64,000 nucleotides of DNA from Eledone cirrhosa. Taxonomy: Eukaryota. The notes beneath the pieces are model-generated. The model was not told the DNA's origin, searched no databases, and saw only the letters and a program-made list of their open reading frames with translations. The position numbers and the translations under genes are program-made. Below, one piece after another: positions 26,920 through 64,000 of the stretch. The stretch's first letter is position 1; every line of letters starts with the position of its first letter. The DNA lies in contig OZ024740.1 of the NCBI GenBank assembly GCA_964016885.1, positions 441,564,001-441,628,000 of the forward strand, in the 5' to 3' direction.

Positions 26920-29900
26920 AATAATAATAATAATAATAATATACATATATATATTATACAACAATAATATTTTACATATATATATATATACACACGCGCG
27001 CACACACATAAACATACCTACAAACATATCTACAAACAAAACATATCTACAAACACACACACGATAGCAATTGACAGCGCTGCGATCGAATGTGGCTTTT
27101 TAGCCCAGCCAATGATCTAAAATATCTTGCACAGAGTTGCCAACCAAAACATTCACTGGGAATAGCCGGCTGTGGTTGGAGTTCATGTACTTTTGCATGA
27201 CGTTTGAGCCCTCCTGCTGATTTACATTCTCTACCACATGCTTGGAAACCATGATGAGTAGCATCTCCAACAGCAGCCTGGTAATCAACCACTGATCTTA
27301 CTTTATGACTGCGAAGATGACTTTCGAGTCCAGCTTTGCTTAGGCAGAGTCTCGCACAGACTCTGCATGTCAGCACCATAGGAGGACCCTCGCCGTCTGG
27401 AAGTGCAACAGCAATGCCTTTCCTCACATCCCGCTTTACTTTCTCGTATGCGATTCGAGATGCCTCAAAGGCAACTTTCCCCTCATATACAGTCTTTCTC
27501 CATTTATTACGATCAGCAGCAACATTTTCCCATGTATAAGCAGAGTTGTTAGCGTCTTTCAAAGAGGCTTTCAAGGAATCCTTATACCTCTTTTTTGGTT
27601 TATGTGGCGGTCGTTTTCCTTTAACCAACTCTCCATAAAAGAGTTGTTTTGGTATTCTAGAATCATTTCATCCTGGCAAGGTGACCACTCCAACGGAGTT
27701 GTTGCTTAAGCACAAGAACCTCTATACTGTCACACAGAGAGCTTTCCAAAATCTCGACATCACTGTAGTTCCCACAATCGTTCCTGTTACCCTTTCCCCT
27801 GTACAAGACCACCATTACTGCATCTCTCCAGTCCTCAGGTACGGATCATTAGCCCATATCCTGCCAAACAAAGAGTGAAGATGTTGCAGGAGTCTCTCAC
27901 CACCATATTGTAGGAGCTCAGCATGTATGCCATCCATACCTGGAGACCTTCCACTGTTCAGCTTCGAAATAGCCACTGCAACCTCCACAAGCGTCGGAGG
28001 TTCTGCGAGAGCTACTTTCACAGGACTTTCTGGAATGAGATTGAGGAAATCTTCACTGACGACAGACGGCTGATTCAAAAGATCATCAAAGTGCTCTCGC
28101 CACCTTCGTAGAATTCCTTGTGAGTCACGAAGAAGTTCTTTGCCATCCTTGCTGCGAAGCGGTGTCACCAGAGAAGAAGACGGTCCATAAACCTCACGCA
28201 AGAGACTGTACAACAGCTTTGTGTTATTGGAATCAGACGCAGTTTGTATCTCACCAGCCTTCTCACTCCACCACTGATCCTTCATCTGAGAAAGACTCCG
28301 CCTAACACGTGATTTTACATCCCTGAGTTCATCATGCAACGTATTCCTCTCCTGTGGTTTTGCCGTCAAGTAGCGTGACAGAGCACGCCTCTTATCAGCC
28401 AACAAGTCTTCTATATGTACATCATTCTCATTAAACCAGTCCTGATGTTTCCTCTGCGCCAATCCCAGAACACGCCTGCCTACATCATAAACCGACTTTG
28501 TAAGGGTAGGCCATTCCTCACCAAGATCTGCAGCCTGCATCTCTTCTTCCAATGTCCTCTTCACATTTTTATCCTTAAGACGAGCAGCATTCAATCTTTT
28601 GGGCAGGGCAACACCAGGAGCCAGGACTTTACGTTTAGTGATTAGTTTCACTTTTGCGCGTACCAGGCGGTGGTCCGTCCAGCACTCAGCTCCACGAAGA
28701 ACACGAACACCCTGCACATCCTGTTTCTCACGCATCCTGACTAGGACGTAGTCCAAAAGATGCCATTGTTTAGATGCAGGATGCATCCATGTGGTCTTGA
28801 ATTTGTTCTTTTGTTGGAACATGGTGTTGGTAACACACAGATCCAGCTCCTCACACATCTGCAGCAGGAGCATACCATTGCTGTTACACTTTCCCACCCA
28901 TGCCTTCCGATTACATTCCATGTGTTAAAATCCCTACCCACTCTAGCATTAAAGTCACCAAGCACGATGACTTTGTCTGCCTGAGGGATATTTCTTAAAA
29001 CACCTTTCAAGGCATGGTAAAAGGACACCTTTTCCTCATCGACAGAACTCATAGTTGGAGCATACACACTCACCAGGGTAGCATATCTTCCCTTGTCCAG
29101 CGGAACTCTCATGGACTTAAGACGCTCACTAATCCCTACTGGGAATTCTTCTAATTTGTTCACAAGTACAGTCTTAACAGCAAATCCTACCCCAGCCTCT
29201 CTTCTGGTTCCTTCATCTCTTCCTTTCCAGAAGAATGTATATTCTCCACAAAATTCTGTAAGATGACCATCTCCAGCTAACCTCGTCTCAGATAAAGCCA
29301 CGATGTCAAGATCGTAACGTCGAAGCTCCTTTGCAACAAGAGCGGTCCTTCGTTCAGGACGCTCCAAGGAATCCCTGTCAAGCAGCGTCCGTACGTTCCA
29401 GCAGCCAAGACTAAATGCCTTGTTTGGCTCTATTACAATGGCACGATGACGGGCGGGCCCAGGCTGTGATAACCTGGGGCCCCTGCCCTTATTGCCAATG
29501 ATCTTTTTTGTTCCAGAACCTAAATTGCCAATTATCTCTTTTATATTGTTCTGGAACATCATTGAATTGGGAAAAAAAAAAGTAATAATAATAGTAATAA
29601 TAATAATAATAATAATAGTACACTATTAATAATTATTAATGCACTCGTGCAATGCCTGTGCGTGACGAATATTTTTAAAGTGAGGAAAGACTGTGCACTG
29701 AGCCAATCCCACTCTCTGAGCGACAGTAGCTATAACCCGAAAAGAAGAAAAGATCAACATCATCGGTAACTACTGAGCCGCAGGTTTTATGTCGGAGTTA
29801 ACCCAGTTTCCTGAGATGACTTCTCCTAGAAGAATGCCCTGACAAGGGCTAGGGGTTCTTCACTCCCAGCGGTTTAACTACGCAATCGGGCATCCAGCCC

Positions 29901-29922
29901 GATTATTTCTATGTCCCCGCGC
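26920..29922 (-). mobile_element. RTE-clade LINE with RT core deleted; 3' end continues at 20926-21030 and its (ATGT)n tail at 18305-18399
   Basis: APE (GCWNVRTL, LSETR, SVYAPT, GDFNARVG, WTDHRLV), RT start (SPGMDGIHAE). CGNY then jumps to QQLRWSGHLARM/RIPKQLFYGEL. Three C-terminal C2H2-like fingers. The 5'UTR at 29560-29922 is shared with short derivatives. Confidence 0.88.
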
Positions 29923-30046
29923 AAAAAAAAAATAAAATCACTTATTGACACTTATACGTACGACATACACACACGCGCATACATATGCGCACACACAGCA
30001 ACACTCATACATACAAATAAACACACACACGCTACTCTACTCACTT

Positions 30047-30128
<82 letters not shown>

Positions 30129-30379
30129 CCGTCATTACTGATACAAGATTACAGGATTATGTCAACTGTTGACTTTCAAGAGTTTGTATAGTTGAAGCCG
30201 ATCGTACTACAGTCCAGTATTATTATAATTGCTTTACAGCATATACATACATACATACATACATACATACATACATACATACATACATACATACATACAT
30301 ACATACATACATACATGATGGCTTCCCCCTCATTATCGAGTATGGCCATGGCACGAGACAAAAATATATATATATATAT

Positions 30380-31092
30380 AAATGAAAGTATAGAAATTAT
30401 TGTGAGCGTGAAGCCAACAGTATTTCATAATATATAAGTGACTATAACGTCAAAATGGAAAATAATTAACGTAAGATGTGGGAAAATAATTCAAACTCAA
30501 TTTTAAAAAAATCAAGACATAGATTTATCCATTGAATTTTGCGAAATCCAGGGAAAAATCAATAGAGCCTTAACTCTGAATAAAATAAAGTTTAAATACT
30601 CATCCTTCAATTTGGAAAAACTACAAATGCTCTATATAGTCTTAAAAAGACTATTTCACGAAACTTTCAGTGTGGATGGTCATGGTTGGAGTCGTTCATC
30701 AGTAGAGCTCAACACGATAACCCTAAGCCACTGCCAGAATATGCCAAAAAGAGAATTTAAAAGCAGGCTAGTTCAACTCATGCGTAAATATGAAAATAAA
30801 CGCACATGGAGAGACATGGCTGGTGACGTCAGAATGAGACGAATGTCTGTTTACAGGAAACAGCAGTCGAAAAACATTCCGGTAAAAACTCTACAAATGT
30901 AAGGAGTTCAGCAAAATAGCCTTATTATCGCGTTTTTTTTTAACAAAGACCGGGATTAGTCACAAATAATTTTAAGCACTCTAGGAAAAAATTCCGAGTA
31001 TAAATATAAATGAAAGTATAGAAATTATTGTGAGCGTGAAGCCAACAGTATTTCATAATATATAAGTGACTATAACGTCAAAATGGAAAATA
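30380..31092. mobile_element. Element with ~85-bp direct terminal repeats (pLTR-like)
   Basis: 30380-30463 is identical to 31008-31091. (TA)n flanks. Confidence 0.6.
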
Positions 31093-31196
31093 TATAAATA
31101 TATATATGTAAAAGTTTTATTTAAATTGTTGGGATACAACAAGCAAATATTTTTATAACTGATATAAAGCACTCAACAAATATTTGGAGTAAAAAT

Positions 31197-31549
31197 ACGA
31201 CATTAACAAATGGAAACTATATTTATAAAACCAAATTTATTTCATTATACATATTTCAAGGACACCAAGTTAAATTATGGTGTGCTTTCATCAGATAAAA
31301 TATAATATAGATCAGTTTTATGAATAAATATTGACATACCCTTAAAGAATGCAACCATTACTGTTGGAAGCTCCCGGATAGTCACAGTAATGGTTGCATT
31401 CTTTAAGGGTATGTCAATATTTATTTATAAAACTGATCTATATTATATTTTATCTGATGAAAGCACACCATAATTTAACTTGGTGCCCTTGAAATATGTA
31501 TAATGAAATAAATATGGTTTTATAAATATAGTTTCCATTTGTTAATATC

Positions 31550-31552
<3 letters not shown>
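31197..31552. repeat. Fold-back element (~170-bp arms), each arm carrying a hammerhead core
   Basis: Arms are reverse complements. CTGATGA-AAGCACACCA...TGGTGCCCTT-GAAA at 31454-31494 (+) and its mirror at ~31253-31293 (-). A single-arm relative lies at 61140-61240. Confidence 0.85.
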
Positions 31553-31586
<34 letters not shown>

Positions 31587-31740
31587 CACATACTTAGGTT
31601 AATAGGAGTTAGGTATTGTATACCCGTGTCCCATTAAGGTATTGGCAGCATAATAATTAGCTCTATGCTTTGGAGCAGAGCCGTATATATGAAAAAGAAC
31701 ACAAGAGCGTCTACAACATCAAAAGATTTTTATTGGCTTA

Positions 31741-31780
31741 CAATGTTTCTTCCTTACGTAACCGTAGGATTCGTCAGAGC
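31741..31780 (-). ncRNA. Hammerhead ribozyme motif
   Basis: Minus strand: CTGACGA-ATCCTACG-GTTA-CGTAAGGA-A-GAAAC-ATTG. Confidence 0.6.
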
Positions 31781-32076
31781 TATAAAAGGGGTTTGATTGG
31801 TGTTATGGACACTACCAACCAAACATTCAAGAACAAAGAGTAAAGAGAGTAAAGAGCAAAAGTAGGGGACGATAAGTCTAATTTTGGTGCGGGAGGGTGG
31901 GGTGTGGGTCCTTGTTTACTAGCTGCGGTCATATTCAGCCCGGGAGTCCGGTGGTTAGCTGAACCATAGATGGGGTGGCGTCGATAGTAGGGTGCAGAGG
32001 GTGCGCAGAGGCTACACAAACACAAAGGGCATACAATATATATATATATAGCGGAGGAGAAAGTACATGAGGTAAT

Positions 32077-32108
<32 letters not shown>

Positions 32109-32297
32109 TACATATATATTAATAACAATAATAATAATAATAACAACAATAATAATAACGACAACAACAATAATAATATACATATATATATATACACATA
32201 CGCACACACATAAACATATCTATACACACACACACGATAGCAACTAACAAAATACATACATACACACATACATACATACATACATACATACATACAT

Positions 32298-32366
<69 letters not shown>

Positions 32367-32417
32367 TACATACATACATACATACATACATACATACATA
32401 CATACATACATACATAC

Positions 32418-32775
32418 ATACATGATGTCTGCCGCCTCGTTATCGAGTATGGCCATTTTACGATATACCATTATTAATTATCATTAATTAATTCTATCGT
32501 GCAATGCCTGTGCGTGAAGATTTTTTTTTAAGTGAGGAAAGACTGTGCACTGAGCCAATCCCACTCTCTGAGCAACAATAGCTATAACCCGAAAAGAAGA
32601 AAAGATCAACATCATCGGTAACTACTGAGCCGCAGGTTTTATGTCAAAGTTATCCCAGTTTCCTGCGTTGCCTTCTCCTAGAAGAATGCCCTGACAAAGG
32701 CTAGGGGTCCTTCACTCCCAGTGGTTTAACCGCGCGATCGGGTATTCAGCCCGATTATTTCTATGTCCCCGCACA
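32418..32775 (-). mobile_element. Non-autonomous RTE derivative (5'UTR fused to 3' end, (ATGT)n tail)
   Basis: Matches the RTE 5'UTR 29640-29922 and the RTE 3' terminus 20926-20975. A second copy lies at 56485-56845. Confidence 0.8.
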
Positions 32776-33325
32776 TACATACATAATTCCCTGCCCCAAG
32801 ACTAATGCCCTGGTTTCTGCTACCCCATCTGCTGGCGATATGTTGGACTGGTGTGTACAGAAATTAGGTAATGCTATTAAACATTACGTAATCAGGTAAG
32901 GGGAGTTTCATCAGCAGAGAGTTAGCCTCCTCAGAACAGGTTAAACACCAGCCCACTGCATTTGGTGTGGAAATGTCATTACAAAAGTCACGTGACAGTG
33001 AAATGGTGCTACATACACAGTGTATCCGTTCCATAGTATCTATCCGGCCTCTTCAGATGGTCTTCCGAACATTATTTTTAACCACCCTAGAGAATCAGGG
33101 GTGGATAACCAACACACTCCATAGTCACCAAACCCGTCGAATCATTTGTAATGGAAAATTTCAGAATAAATTATTGTAAAAATCCACTATGCATACTTAT
33201 TCTTCACTATATATACTCCATCTGGACCACCAGATGTAGTCTGGGATGCTTCAGGATGTTGAGTGCTTACCTCAGGATACATCGTGATCTACCAGCTACA
33301 ATACCCTAACTGGTCGTCTACCTGC

Positions 33326-33404
<79 letters not shown>

Positions 33405-34689
33405 TATTCCACCTGGTTGAGGTGGGACTGATAACCTTGTTATAACTGTCCTTAGAGTGATATTAGGCGGTGTGACCGGTAGTTTTTGTAGAAGGTGACC
33501 ATTTCTTAACGTTTCCTCCAAGAAGAATCCGTCCAGGTTACAGGGTCATTTATGTGTTTGTAATGAAAACAAGACAGAAGTCAGAGGTGGGTAGCTAATT
33601 AGTTGATTTAATGAAGAGGTAGGTAGTTAATTAGTTGATTTAATGAACTAATTAACTACCTACCTCTCACTTCTGTCTTGTTTTCATTGTTTTATACACA
33701 CATAGACACACCCATACACACAACCACACCTCCACACACACACACACACATATATATATATGGGGTGGTGTATGTGTGTGTTATGAGTTGTTTTATAAAT
33801 ATTTTTACTTCATCTTTTGTTATTTTGGTGAGTTTTCACTTAAATCACTTTAAACTATATAAATATATTTAGACTTCCTTGAGAGGATGGGTGTCTCAAT
33901 TTTCGCAGCACTGACATTCCAGCCAAGCAGCACTCGGCATCAAACCTATCGAGTGTAACCCAGAGATCATCTTCTGTCGAGTAACACCATGTCGTCTGCA
34001 AATTCCAGCTGAATGATTTTACACCTGTCAGCCCTGATACCACATCCAGCCCAGCTGCGAATGTCAATCATGTTCATGAAAATAATCACTTTAAACTATG
34101 AAAATATATTTAGGCTGTGTCTATGACATAATGATTTGAAGGTATTTTAGTTTTGCTAGTTGTTTGTGTCATTGTATTCAGTGCTACCCGGGTGTGTTGA
34201 TGTACAAGAAACATTATTATAGAACATATTACTAAGGGTTTTGTATGGTCGTGCGCGGGAGGAGACCCCTGAAGAGAGATGACACTATCAATTACCGTAC
34301 TAAATGAAACCACCCCTAAAATTCCCTTCATTGTGTTCAGCTATGATGGGTCAACCTTATATAGGCAGTAAAAGTCCGACGGTGTCAAACGTCTCTAATT
34401 GTTTCTACTTTTGGCACAAGGCCAGCAATTAACCAGTGTATTACTGGTACTTTATTGTATAGACCCCGTAAGGATGAAAGGCAAAGTTAACCTCTGCGGG
34501 ATTTGAACTCAGAATAGCAAGGAATGAAGTTTTAAAAGGTGTTAAAATGTTGGACAAAACTGCGGTATTTACTCTGGCTCTCTTTGCAGTAAGTTCAAAT
34601 CCCGTTGAAGACAACCTTGTATTTCATCCTTTCGGGGTCGATACATTAAAGTACCATTCTATGATAGGGGATTGGCAGAATTATAAAAG

Positions 34690-35300
34690 CTTCTTCTTCT
34701 TCACCCATTTATTCCTGAGAGGGTTGTAGGGACAGAGTCCTCAAACACTCCTTCCAGTAGGTCCTGTCAGAAGCAACCGTCTCCAATTGATCCGGCTGGA
34801 TCTCCAAGCGAGACCACCCAACCTCATGAATGTTATCCAACCATCTTGCTTGGGGTCTACTCCTGGGTCTCCTGCCGGTTGGTTTGGCCCATAACATCTG
34901 TCCAGTGATTCTTTCCTGAGACATTCTAACCACATGTCCATAGTACCAGAGCTGTTATCTCTTAATTCAGAGAAGTAGTGGCTCTACCTGTACTGACTCT
35001 CAGATCTCCAAGGTACCCACTCTATCAAGTAATGTTACTCCAAATACCCTTCGGATGAAGCCCTTTAAGGCCGCTTGTATTCACGATCGTATTCTTTCGG
35101 TCATTAACTAAGATACATGACCATAGGTAAAGGTTGGCACAAATACTGAATTGAAGATAGCTAATTTGGTTGTTATGCCTATCTTCCATCTGATTACTGA
35201 ATGCTGAAGCTGGTGCATTACTGCACCAACTCCTGCAATTCTTGCACTTAATTCAGCCTGCTGGTTTCTATCAATCGTGAACCCTGCACGAGATATTTGA
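34690..35300 (-). mobile_element. RTE-like LINE 3' remnant
   Basis: IFNSVFVPTFTYGH, GRRPRSRPQARWLDNI; (GAA) tail. Confidence 0.7.
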
Positions 35301-35689
35301 ACTTCTCTATCTGTTCGCACTGACCGCCGGACAAAAGTCCACGAGATATCTTTTTTCATTCTGAGGTCAAATTCTAGGTCAATTTTGTTTTAGATTTCGG
35401 TGTCAATAAAATAATTTACCAGTCGAGGGTGATAAACTAACGCAATTCCTAGAATGTCAGAGGAAATGCCTTACACAATCTGTTCCGCCTCTTTCCACAG
35501 GGAGTTTAAAGCCTCGTGTGGGCTTCATGCATACTTCGCCCAGACTAACGCCACCATCTGGTCCTTGAATGTTTTTAGTAAACTCCAATATCTTCTATGT
35601 TTCCAGCCCAGATCTCCAGTTTGAAGATACTTTCTATCTTCCCTCCTTCCCTACTCACCAATGACGGGGACACTGAAATACCATGGGCA

Positions 35690-36187
35690 CTGTCCTTATC
35701 CCTCTTAATGAAACATTTTCAACTGGCAGTTAACACCTCTAAGCCGCGGAGTGGGGAGACCCAAGAAGACCTGGGATGAGGTGATAAAAGCCGATCTTAC
35801 CCAATTGCACCTCTCAAGGGCGATGACACACGACCGTGGCCCCTGGCGTCACGCAGTAATTTAGAAGACCCGACTTCCCACGGGAACAAGCCGAAACTGT
35901 AGCATATAGACAATATGCCCCCACAGCCTCCCACTGCAAAATGGTCGTGGAGGTGCCACGGCAAAAAAGTACCCAGCCCACACTGTAAAGTGGTCATGTA
36001 GGCGCCACGGAAAAAAGCACCCAGCACTCACTGTAAATGAGGTTGGTGTTAGGAACGGCATCCAGCTGTAGAAATCAAGCCAGAATCAGTTCCCGTATGA
36101 GCAAGACAAGGTCAGCCGACTAGACACTGCCCACAACAGGACAACCTGTCTAACCCATGCTAGCGTGAGAGAACGGACGTAAAACGG

Positions 36188-36256
<69 letters not shown>
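35690..36256 (+). mobile_element. RTE-like 3' remnant ending in (GAT)n
   Basis: GRPKKTWDEVIKADL-like translation; related to 47990-48680. Confidence 0.55.
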
Positions 36257-36436
36257 CTCTATTCGAAAGAAGGAGAACTTTTAGTTGTAGGACAGATAAC
36301 ATATTAGGCGATCTTGTCGGTCCTTCTTATACCGAAACATTTTAGAGAGATCTTAAAGCCACACAATCTACAGAACTACAAATATACACTGACAACAACA
36401 ACAAATAGCAGGAGTATAATTATGTAAAATGTATTT

Positions 36437-36442
36437 TTTATT
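36437..36442 (-). terminator. Candidate polyadenylation signal of the TEP gene
   Basis: AATAAA on the minus strand ~210 nt after the stop codon. Confidence 0.45.
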
Positions 36443-36652
36443 ATTTAATATACAATTGTATTCCAGGTAGAAGTACTATTGAGTGTTGGCAGCAGAACAG
36501 TCAACTTGGTATTGCTGTATTCCAGGTAGCAGTACTATTCAGTGTTGGCAGCAGAACAGTCAACTTGGTATTGCTGTATTCTAGGTAGAAGTAATATTCA
36601 GTGTTGGCAGCAGAACAGTCAACTTGGTATTGCTGTATTCCAGGTAGAAGTA

Positions 36653-62298
<25,646 letters not shown>

Positions 62299-62794
62299 CT
62301 GTAAAATATCAATCCGTTAATCAATTAGTCAATCAATCAATATGTGTCCAGTATTCTTTTCAGGGCTTCCGATACTGGTAGGAAGGGTGCTGGAAGGTGT
62401 CCTCAATCGAGGGACCTAGTCCGAATGCTTGCAACAATAGAACTAGAAAAACCAAGAGCTATGTCGTGATGATAAATCGGATGACGAATTCACCCCACCA
62501 AGTAGGCTACAGAGGGGTTTGAACCCTGAACATAAAGGTTCGGAACAAATAAGGCAAGGTATCTTGACACTCTAGCGAATCTGCCAAACTCGTTTAATAT
62601 GTTTAAAGCACTATTATTAAATACTTTGGTGGATAATTGATTGTTACACAATAATAAATGCTGAACATGATATTTCTTGCGTCTATTTATAAAGTACAGT
62701 ATTTGTCTGGTTATAAGTCGCGTTGGTGTATTAGACGCACGTTTATTATGAAGATAAACGTTTGGGGAAAATAACTATAGTAGTATTTAGAATA

Positions 62795-62950
62795 TCATAG
62801 GCAAACTGCGGCCCGCGAGCCTCATGCCACCCATTTGGCTTTCTTAATGACATGCCTAATTTCAAAATTAACTTAAGTTTTTTTAAAGTGTGGCCCGCCT
62901 TATGAACAGCCATGCGACCCACTGCTCGAGAAAGGTTGCCCACACCTGAT
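62795..62950. mobile_element. hAT-derived MITE remnant
   Basis: GGCAAACTGCGGCCCGCG...AAGGTTGCCCACACCTGA termini. Confidence 0.5.
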
Positions 62951-63199
62951 TTAGATGTTATAGAATAAAACTTCAACGTGCATTGTTCCAGGTCGACGAG
63001 GGCCAAAACAGTTACTTTGTGCCATGTTTAACAGCGATTATCGTATGTTTACAAATGCTTCCACATCTTTTCATGAAATAAAGTGTTATGTTGTTTTTTT
63101 TAGAAGAAAAATATCAATATAGATAATGCATTACAATAAAATGAAACATGCCTACATAGTTAAATATAATTGTAACTTCGATCTGAAGAAAGAGTGGTG

Positions 63200-63540
63200 A
63201 AGATCATGGAATGAGTCCAAATTTGTCTACCAAGACCTCGTTCAGGACCCCATATCTAAACCAGCTAACTCTGACCTTCCTAGAAAGCAATGGGTGTCCC
63301 TTAATTGGATCTGCACAACACTCTTTAGAACAGCCCATCATCTCCATCGATGGAAAATGAAAGACAGCCCAACATGTGACTGTGGAGACTCTGACCTAAC
63401 AATACTGCATGTTGTTCAGGATTGACCCCCTCAGGCGTTTTCCCGGTGATCTGGAGGAAATCCATAATACAACAAATGACGTCTTAATCTGGCTCACCAC
63501 TAATCTGATTCTCATTGTGCATATGTCATACGACAAGAAG
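63200..63540 (+). mobile_element. Degenerate non-LTR retrotransposon 3' end
   Basis: HRWKMKDSPTCDCG...TILHVVQ..PLRRF zinc-knuckle remnant. Confidence 0.55.
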
Positions 63541-63549
63541 TTATTATTA

Positions 63550-64000
63550 GGCTCTGGAAGTCAACGAAGTCGAACTAACCAGTCTGTACCGGAGGACTAT
63601 GGAGCCGGGGACGATGGATAATTTCCAAAAATCCCTCGCTTGGCAGTGCTACTGGGGGGCACTGCCGGTTCGAGATAAACTCTACAGGCACGGAAGTGCT
63701 GTCAGACGGACCTGCCCGAGATGCGCGCAGAGCGACGAAACCGTTCTGCACGCACTCGTCCAGTGTCCGTGCATTACTGACTTGTGGAGTTATGTTTAAC
63801 AGCTGTTGTCGCGTGTAGAAGGGATCCGGCTTTCGGCCGAGTCCATAGTGAAGATCGACCCGCCGCCTTCTTTTGGCTAGGAAGGGCAGGCAATTTTCTT
63901 CTGTCTGGTGGCAGTAGCGAAAGAGGTTGTATGGTGGACGAGGTTGAAAGGACTGAAGACAGACACTTTTCTCTTCGGCCAATCCCGCATCAACTTTTTC
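63550..64000 (+). mobile_element. 5'-truncated copy of the Tx1 family
   Basis: Closely matches the reverse complement of 21450-21900 (EPGTMDNFQKSLAWQCYWGALPVRDKLYR). Confidence 0.9.

Larger units (their letters stand above)
30245..32250 (-). mobile_element. Second RTE 3'UTR fragment, split by a stack of (TA)n-embedded elements
   Basis: 30310-30365 matches 20926-20980. 32120-32245 matches the joined 20980-21030 and 26920-27070. Confidence 0.65.

Overview
Eukaryotic, AT-rich, repeat-dense animal DNA. The SINE, LINE and microsatellite landscape looks like a coleoid cephalopod such as Octopus; this is an inference. The only host gene is the 3' half of a thioester-containing protein (TEP/CD109/alpha-2-macroglobulin family) on the minus strand. 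I assembled 13 GT-AG exons by hand (62298 to 36653, 1665 nt, 554 aa plus stop, all phases consistent). It has an intact GCGEQ thioester, a C3-type catalytic His (VLHQEMQG) and no GPI or C345C tail. The rest is mobile DNA: a CR1-type RT, a three-level nest of non-LTR retrotransposons (an RTE host with a Tx1 element in its (TAA)n 3'UTR and an R4/Dong element in its (TACA)n tail), Penelope-like elements, SINEs and large minisatellites. Several minisatellites visibly derive from SINE heads or a LINE segment. The most notable hidden signal is a dispersed set of hammerhead-ribozyme cores (CTGANGA-stem-GAAA) in short, mostly (TA)n-embedded, often fold-back elements, consistent with Penelope pLTR/retrozyme-like units. 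The giant ORFs over the 45-bp arrays are artefacts.
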